Shown here: piece by piece, positions 61,801 through 64,000 of the stretch
How the letters are laid out: each line of letters opens with the position of its first letter
Position numbering within the stretch: the stretch's first letter is position 1
From: Ministeria vibrans ATCC 50519
Lineage: Eukaryota; Protista; Filasterea
Reading direction: 5' to 3'
Assembly (NCBI GenBank): GCA_943704425.1
Contig: CALSCP010002679.1
Span: 1-64,000 of the forward strand
DNA: 64,000 bases
Translations under genes and position numbers: made by a program
The notes under the pieces: model-generated
What the model was told of the DNA's origin: nothing
Database searches by the model: none
The model's input: only the letters and a program-made list of their open reading frames with translations

Positions 61801-64000
61801 GAGTGCGATAGTATTCCGCCTCGAGTTCGAAAATAGACGCGCGGTGAAGATCACGTCGACCGCGAGAGCCGACACCGCCACTCAAGCCGCCACCAAACAG
61901 CGCCAGATTGGTACGTCCATTGTTCAACACGATTGTGAATGACTTGAAGCCCATTGTCGCTAGTGGGATGGGCACAAAACCCTCGTCTCCAACAATGTCC
62001 TTTGAGCCAGTCGCATATCGAATGAGAGCCGCAATGGTCCAGGGACAATTGTCCATTGCCGTGGCGGTACGCTGCAGTTTGAACTTGCCCATGAGCGAGA
62101 GGTACCAGTAGAGCGCTGCACACGAACCGTCTTTGCCGACCTTGCCACTAACGCTCAGGTCAAAGAGGTTGTTCAGCTGGAGCTCTTGGACGGGTGCCTT
62201 GGGCGAGATCATGGAGAGGAAACCCGCACCAAATGTGCCGTCTTGGACACCCATGGCCGAGTAGTCGATGCTGTTTTTGAGGAACTCATCACGACGGCGA
62301 TTGGCGGGCGCCGTTGCTGTGCTGTGGTGCGTGAATGGATGGGCAGTTGGGCCTGGACGCATGCTACTGAAGAACTTTTCGACCGTGGGGAAGACGGAGA
62401 GGTCGGGGAAGGGCACCATGGTGAGCAAGGGCATGCCAAGCATTTCAGCGACGAATTTGACGAGGACACGGCCACTGAGCTGTGTCTGAGCGTAGATGAC
62501 GACCGAGTCGGGCTGGGGTGTTGTGATGGCAGTAAACAGAATGTCTTGGGGTCGCTGGTCGCCATAGGTGACGGTAAGGAGACTGTTGAGGAACGATACA
62601 AGAGCGCTCTGGGCCTCCACCGACTCAACCACCTGGTTGACCACACCGAGCGCGGCCACGCCAGCACCCAGTTCCATAAACAGCTCGCCTCCAACCACAC
62701 CCTTGCAGCGGCGATCGGCGTCGCTGTCGGGCACTGCTTTGGCACAGGCAATCGTGTTGATGCACACGCCGGTGCCGCAGCTGCGTGTCTCGCGATCGAG
62801 TGTCTCGCACACAAACGTGTGTGAACTTGTGATAAGCTTGCGCTCACGAGTCTGCGAGCCTCCATCGCACGTCTTGGAACACGCACCCCAGGCACTCCAC
62901 TGCTCCCAGGAGCACAACACATGTTTGCAATCCACTGAGTTGCACACCATCGACTCAGAACGTGCAAGCGTTGAAGAGCACGCCGCGCCTCCGTACGCGG
63001 CACTTTGAGCCTCACCTCGCTGACGTTGCTTGCTGCCACCACCGCACAGCTCCGAACAGGCAGACCAAGTGGTCCAGTCGGCAAGCGTGCAATCGACGGG
63101 ACAAGGATCACCTTGACATGTGCCTGTTTCGCTATTGCCACCAGTGCAGTCGAGCCCACCTGGCTGGGTCGGTGACACAATCGTGCGTGTGCGTGTGCTG
63201 GTGCCCGCCTCGTTGCACGCGGCTCCACACTCCCAATCGCTCCAGCTCGACCAGACGCAATCGAAGGGTGTCGTACAGGGCTTCTCGTTGCACGCACGCG
63301 AGTTGGTCGCCGAGCCAGTACACGGACGGCCGCCGTGTGCCGCTGCGGGCGACTGAGTGCGCGAGCGTTTCTGGGTGCCACCGCCACACGACGCAACTGA
63401 ACATGTATCGTACGCGGTCCACGTGGTCCAAACGCAATCGATGGGACAGGCAATACGGTTGCACGCGACTGTCTCTTGTTTGCTCCCGGTGCAAGGTTTG
63501 CCGCCGTACATGTGAGCATTGAGAGGCGCGCGTGTACGCACGGTCTCGCCAGCATTGCCACATGACGCGGTGCACGGACTCCAGTCGGTCCATTGACTGA
63601 AGACACAGTCAATGGGGCAGCCTTGTGTGTTGCACGGACGCGTCTCGGCCGCATCGCCGGCGCACTCTTGGCCACCATGACGAGCGTGTGAGAGCACATG
63701 ACGATGGCGACGATGAACACCGCCGCCGCAACTGACAGTGCAGACGCTGCTCCACGATGACCAGACGCTCCACGCACAGTCCGAGGGATGACATGCCGTG
63801 TTTCCACACGATCGTGTTTCGGTCGCGGCACCGGGACACCACAGCGCCGAGGAGGACTGGGGTTGACGCACACGCATCTCGAATCCACCGTTGCCGCCGC
63901 ACGCGACCGAACAAGCCCCCCATGGATCCCAGGGGCTCCACGAACATGTGGTGGAGCTGCAGGAGCCTGCATAGCAGGGCGCAGACTGCTTGGCAAGCAG
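46895..64000 (-). CDS. Giant (>5700 aa) extracellular mosaic protein, uninterrupted ORF within the window and 5'-incomplete: TSP1 repeats, 3 EGF, long CxxC..G Cys-rich repeat arrays, beta-rich scaffold, amphipathic helices, FN2, C2, LamG-like, ~45-aa Cys repeats
   Basis: The frame stays open 41 codons past 63877 to the window edge. TSP1 WSxWxxCSxxCGGG ~62760-64000; EGF ~61330-61690; Cys-rich ~56800-60400; FN2 CVPFVF..FTGCT..WCATS..WGEC ~53310-53435; C2 GTLFVEV..DAYVRL..TPAWNE ~52790-53125; LamG-like ITLMAWVR/WQHVAVV ~50950-51470. Confidence 0.9.
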   Translation of the reverse strand: MLAKQSAPCYAGSCSSTTCSWSPWDPWGACSVACGGNGGFEMRVRQPQSSSALWCPGAATETRSCGNTACHPSDCAWSVWSSWSSVCTVSCGGGVHRRHRHVLSHARHGGQECAGDAAETRPCNTQGCPIDCVFSQWTDWSPCTASCGNAGETVRTRAPLNAHMYGGKPCTGSKQETVACNRIACPIDCVWTTWTAYDTCSVASCGGGTQKRSRTQSPAAAHGGRPCTGSATNSRACNEKPCTTPFDCVWSSWSDWECGAACNEAGTSTRTRTIVSPTQPGGLDCTGGNSETGTCQGDPCPVDCTLADWTTWSACSELCGGGSKQRQRGEAQSAAYGGAACSSTLARSESMVCNSVDCKHVLCSWEQWSAWGACSKTCDGGSQTRERKLITSSHTFVCETLDRETRSCGTGVCINTIACAKAVPDSDADRRCKGVVGGELFMELGAGVAALGVVNQVVESVEAQSALVSFLNSLLTVTYGDQRPQDILFTAITTPQPDSVVIYAQTQLSGRVLVKFVAEMLGMPLLTMVPFPDLSVFPTVEKFFSSMRPGPTAHPFTHHSTATAPANRRRDEFLKNSIDYSAMGVQDGTFGAGFLSMISPKAPVQELQLNNLFDLSVSGKVGKDGSCAALYWYLSLMGKFKLQRTATAMDNCPWTIAALIRYATGSKDIVGDEGFVPIPLATMGFKSFTIVLNNGRTNLALFGGGLSGGVGSRGRRDLHRASIFELEAEYYRTRDNTDVHEMQPRDAAQRGQSFVAWLLREREKLEAEHARVCGPMNPCSNNGTCHLHDTDEGIFVCECPLGFHGSRCASTIDHCASLPCTHNGTCDANADGFVCECPPAFAGDVCELLADTCASSPCANKGACFHSLWSPTGFVCECTSPWAGLFCDHVEPAVLAAAYTSGTEVALQTHANHMSRRALGDADSIKNFFTTFWKPSTFTIDLEFAFATRSDVTFEDSDGVLRLAYQGYMGCDIVIGWNNVGNLKASGRDLCTKSTAARTFFGGEYEYSPAVPFHFQFTASISFLFAGLQFALGIGREFIDDVNQIDQCEWYKAQRGITRRDIVDASAVRPLVLAHDLRLTRETIVAMDKDTFQVFQNLVCDSRNPFITCFDGTRDSAKRLAEDLPADALEREDLRLGRVRRNPDTGELEETGYEPDENVRVDESNDVTESEMLYDMDDDDIFDTDMDVDSNGLALSRGTRATDCNPGKQHDAGGSCVPCGAGKYNDVVNGACKRCPSGKRGKTGIRDGCDPCATGRFSSQAGLQTCVECTEGKYADVTGSKSCKSCSAGKMLNAKGATAASDCTPCGKGTYSSSGSSVCTQCRGGRFSDATSATGSSTCKACTSGRYSSTMGASECANECSKGKFSTSTGAKASTACKPCSAGKFSNLEGGSVCTPCTAGTHTATSGLSECANCAAGKISKATGQSVCSDCAAGHYQDGEGTSVCKKCAAGKAVAAKGSVAAASCVMCDFGFYSSSEGATECKVCAPEKYSAADRKTCKTCPAGKIRDENAPGDEKCSECGTNSYTPSPGEQCAECAPNKIAKADGTGCNACPSGHHRPKRGEVCLACPLGTFSKDDSKGCQTCPSGKYSDAAGATQCTDCAIGRFSSASSLTVCTACDEGKVATKTGLTTCSSCPSSKYTTNGQTCIECASPKKVVDGRCVDCSGNQFMDASLAPPACAACPANQVPAADGQSCEACDATSGKVKKDNRCVQCKANEKIVGTDCTPCPAGEKRSSADATICAVGCDNDLVAKTKSDGSVVCELVSKACKANERVVDNKCTACVAPLKMRKKDDPQTCTADGAEACPDGQDMAKDGSRCVTDPKLSKFAVQGDMRWFGYVEFPSMSIRSMAAAFGHNAEFVGRDAKCYGDFDGGNLIGCTCDWEHPNQVMREQTELGALCTVGHYANEGVCTKCKSPKVPDADRLKCIECDAKAGEFPAGDSSGCITCVRPQYRKAIACKTCSVAEGALNAAGTACEACVVPLKRAADGSACVRCPAGQALVSGKCTECTGTTAVNAAGTACVTCPSATTERLADGCKQKTATVSNCLEGDDKTCTRCQPGHKLESGKCLACPGDLVVSADGKKCISCPSGMKAAEDHQRCLIKECAADAGNARTADGECVACTGDKAVQGDKCVKCASPMFPLADHSACDRCPNGKYRDTTLQACLSCASGMAVNVAGTGCMSCTGKTKVAKDQRGCESNTGECDLPQCSRCSLDGTTCEMCMTGAILNTPKTACTPCKKGEAVNSDRTACVACPAGTIVSRGGDQCLPIKCTEGFFLSRVQGQCLTCDTRALNSYYDGCFDFECSAIGGSTVHASKVGCTCTGAAGEVIPDHFYCDTSKKQLLDCPRSMPASLDKTDFPPKCFKDAAKLCPNGSILKGRSCEKCGSGKTNNADKTACITTPTSRRGVGDDEAEAGALVRRADADIADGDTIKSKCSCIQHGRCRRFDVRLDATFQCIRCPSGSASNGHSCKYCPAGQYLTIDGLCRACTTLEKLESGWCVPHKGSVAPGIKPNYCVDPFRGYTAGRWAESKFLNGFLRILGSITFIAPTIKVYPGFGKSYTLVSLSVTVEWLSFTCPLELRLFQKDPNTRVGRRRGAGSTALDMFKSMAMTVEVSLKQIAKLIGVVTSAISGEDVTSIINKFVPRDVDIRIAFTYSGDEKDLLLNPNVRPKFDAYKYAKRIPKGFSVLLSISLPPLSSPDCGDICHFIKENLGDVFIMMYLGINPGDPTAGESPIVEFGASIGGFVLSRDDNNCPEVILEELGFFAVVSPDPTKVKLGFSAGLSLDIGRLIDGPPASGSCAPVNNLIFSLTISISTTQFTLDARMIGIWPNAFGLKHFFFGNARLMIGISPSSPVGLSAFGLAADVRYGAAGCSERVSGITKLVEKTGCIGGSLDFQVSTAEPLNNYFFGALYGMTLKEVFAATMSPDTFKDVCGVMPDDVLTSGFPRPPAGQDQGNPRLSFTTNPAGHQTPTRRIPFGFQFYGHVKILSIEAGADVVIMPPPSDPAVFKVKFWLKNAFDLGGIVALQRSCADNVNGPYFFANVVLSMSALAEGKSPIKELGVNISAAGSFLGMCTEIIVSMDMVRTRIEINDMPFLFVLSAFIDIEADYGSVADSRFMVNITVNDSRLRKILTSIRTELKSASEAFNKAMDQANDDCDQFFDDVGAAFEEAGKAIAEFATAAVQAIGAAFEAAAAAVVKFVTALVDGFKKAGTALIKGIEDFMRTGDFSKLGEAIGEAFKQVLAGVFKAFGAECPSYGPTCQAEMGKLNEKLKKYRDDTSKRVKQLDHYSARYMDEVKLGLAKVKEVSVATGATNGACDEVCQLKKLDEASEYVTAAAMHVRDFDAAREGISTSIRVHRGELRAQLPKSRRRSGDNSMLERIEEALSSTAILTRDIVVDRERKWAALADAVTDVVHDVMDCDESWDAEKAVCDEAMVRSSIGVVSDLIEYMDVNVTMTALGNGTRPSPHRILGDRVSYWRTLVRQAMYNKNPARVKQAQFADAREREQVPNRVTTRGAACVPFVFEAHHFTGCTTLGRGFEWCATSVMKQTGLVREWGECLSAFEYSELMLVALNNEPLQEVWFYKSLDAAAYANAASGITLSQATASDGSAATSWTPKAHKKGTLFVEVLHGRGMGSSADAYVRLLVDGTEVFVSTTKTDSATPAWNEKYQASSVSPGSVLTVEVWECDLASNCDNHQTTTGAMYGYTTVALKAVTSGIQGTVAVYRNAGHGSVDFVWGLTVSSTDYVPYPATGYTDAVRVSLANPLMMQAFAVKASASSRWKLLGRVASKCSVRPRWHVLHDDSDPLANRVPLGMVEPKLGDAPVVPMRAPEHPALNYVDAMRITVLRSQNGSSHTVVTEDVAHILELEFLRGDQPAGVQIHSVLGTNMTAIGSGDCKSALTDGKATSACEFATLTVRFAATTRVTGLRIHSTSSRPLTFTIEGQNDWTCGWNPMVSAEGSEDPTDDFTWTVREVNGDKVSVLAAVADGLRDAAWSGETATATLAGDNSALVMFELTPAVGRADRLVDAILTVQGGSTTVEVLSLDAQQAYEDWRTAEATKSGPAEASKGTVACSLDAKGACNLKSVVNAALVAKKRFLTVRLRSTGVASNTVKMREGGSATAPQLTLTLSTGQLGTRGFVEGGFEYLKAVASSTTHNQRVLSGSDVPNLFDRGITLMAWVRLLANEGTCSGTGVRTVLAASPAWQAMNTAVKEADTSPLVRANAAKTQNCEQTSFAVGAVALAVTCDGRVVVQMRQRYCEQLVKTLSSERTVVLRVPSQEGKLSWQHVAVVVRAEAATVEFFVDGVSSGEVVYDFSDSLTAIKLAATPARMYTTAALLYANPLSASLVAGRMVSTTPSTVGRIGGVCRASANVPLTYCPVGSTCTGEGYGKGQGRSDLLDERICAQVCPTNGDTRDERGYCKYGAGNAPNGHHCKLDVHCASQHCDVPHGKTDGKCAVNYGNTGCNSAIPCRGQSQSRATCVAGRCIEKCFIPAYESTKAQGKCMFQGSKDVLRGFPCASPFDCAPGATCKAVKLCNSDPSKELRCVEECVSPSIGYMHARAGVHLDARVASFAPSGCAGDTLHTGKCVYRGDSDVPAGMGCTYAAQCQTKATFVTLCKANVCVHECEHTGATVVGDKCSYVGAGDIPAGHACATAGQCLPLKGGGADCVNGVCVQSCRLPSIPVLASGACEFTGMGDLPHGAVCAEDTNCKARPEVNGKARCWLGLCEMLCPYSLKATPLGTACEYEGLEDVPLGMQCVEMHHCKSTVCQDRTCVEKCVWDDIPHQADGTCKYKGESDLPVGLTCQYDSECAAPRKGDASCIAGACAHQCRLQVPLLVVDRVPQCQYSGNADLPVGHECTADSQCQRRGGGSAACVAGVCEQTCYMANTPLNSLGECLYSGEWDVPPFGPCNVTRNCRQEISNAVFVCVANQCREQCLFDDIPVHPETGRCTLQGHADLPAGSSCNKDSQCVPRVRGIAKCTRGTCTPACAHPSIKLRKDGSCDYLGVSDIPAGDGCYTSSQCRPATRGTAECVANVCVLACFETFLQLDSAGVCPFSARGDLPIGSQCNPAELGQCLKGTRGADETLVDRCVPNSVGAHDVCAPPPQYAMKSQVYAAAVEYDAGVQSRWTLTSRGEAFVPRSVELENTVWQATSATSIVMQFVKPTTMPPAADTRFVLFVTCVDCAPDQIVGEALGNAPLLDASTTTVGAAWSWYESAVELRHTTPTPSIRCEEAGYTTSDRQFVQLQCTATAVVAASSKAGLVTLALWSTRGSVTLYGMASPDPSDMPMLYGGSVASASSEFPDMLQGSHLAAVTRRDAEMDDEVWENDMEFDNGRDEEESTGHFQAAPKRRVALPGTPAVDAWEAEWAREADLAEQRYQEVAAMQRPEEMNDEVEEEEEEMMWTNEMLSEHRRRSAENGRGNALHAPVMPPSFEEEDRQLLAHMATLTESDRALVAAHDDEKWLLEDGEWKYECASPNDPRNRTIDGRCWWAKGEVPAGIACLQDRDCASGSCVWADRMWDATGRCAKGVGTHEEVEVWRRGTFEYGTSVFDDDDKVVSSYVDVDDHAYIPRTQMALHREARFFLCDAAVGLARGVVNLGFMAIDGLISLFMKAFQLNNLNVFLELFPGKLQGTLSVALDAVVFGIPLKFDLTIDLGSLAKTIVNLLIRLGRSICDGLEMGDICNGIIESL

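Noticed and set aside
47134-63996. Many 100-600 aa overlapping or antisense ORFs
   Set aside because: Shadow frames of the GC-rich giant ORF; the same applies to the ORFs overlapping CNOT1.

Overview
Eukaryotic, intron-containing genomic DNA, most likely from a unicellular protist (inference). Introns are mostly short (about 47-60 bp, GT..AG, some with a CTAAC branch point), and there are TTAGGG-type telomeric repeats and three N gaps. The left ~25 kb looks like a subtelomeric accessory region. It holds a non-LTR retroelement with an RNase H fragment upstream of RT that abuts (CCCTAA)n tracts, an LRR-Roc-COR (ROCO) gene with freshly duplicated LRR units plus a decayed paralog fragment, and a trypsin-like protease with a large insertion. 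It also holds a head-to-tail stack of three mobile elements each preceded by the same 14-bp sequence, two AIG1-like P-loop GTPases (one ending in CaaX, one truncated), an intronless SET gene, and a fusion of putative LOTUS, DEDDy exonuclease and Ycf45-type ATPase domains. The middle (25.5-44 kb) is housekeeping: ALG2, an RluA-family pseudouridine synthase, an M3A oligopeptidase, a DNAJC30-like J protein, an orphan 5' piece of PITP, and CNOT1. The right end is a >17 kb uninterrupted ORF, open at the window edge, for a giant extracellular mosaic protein (TSP1, EGF, Cys-rich, FN2, C2, LamG-like) punctuated by dibasic sites. All domain calls were made by eye from motifs; no database searches were run.
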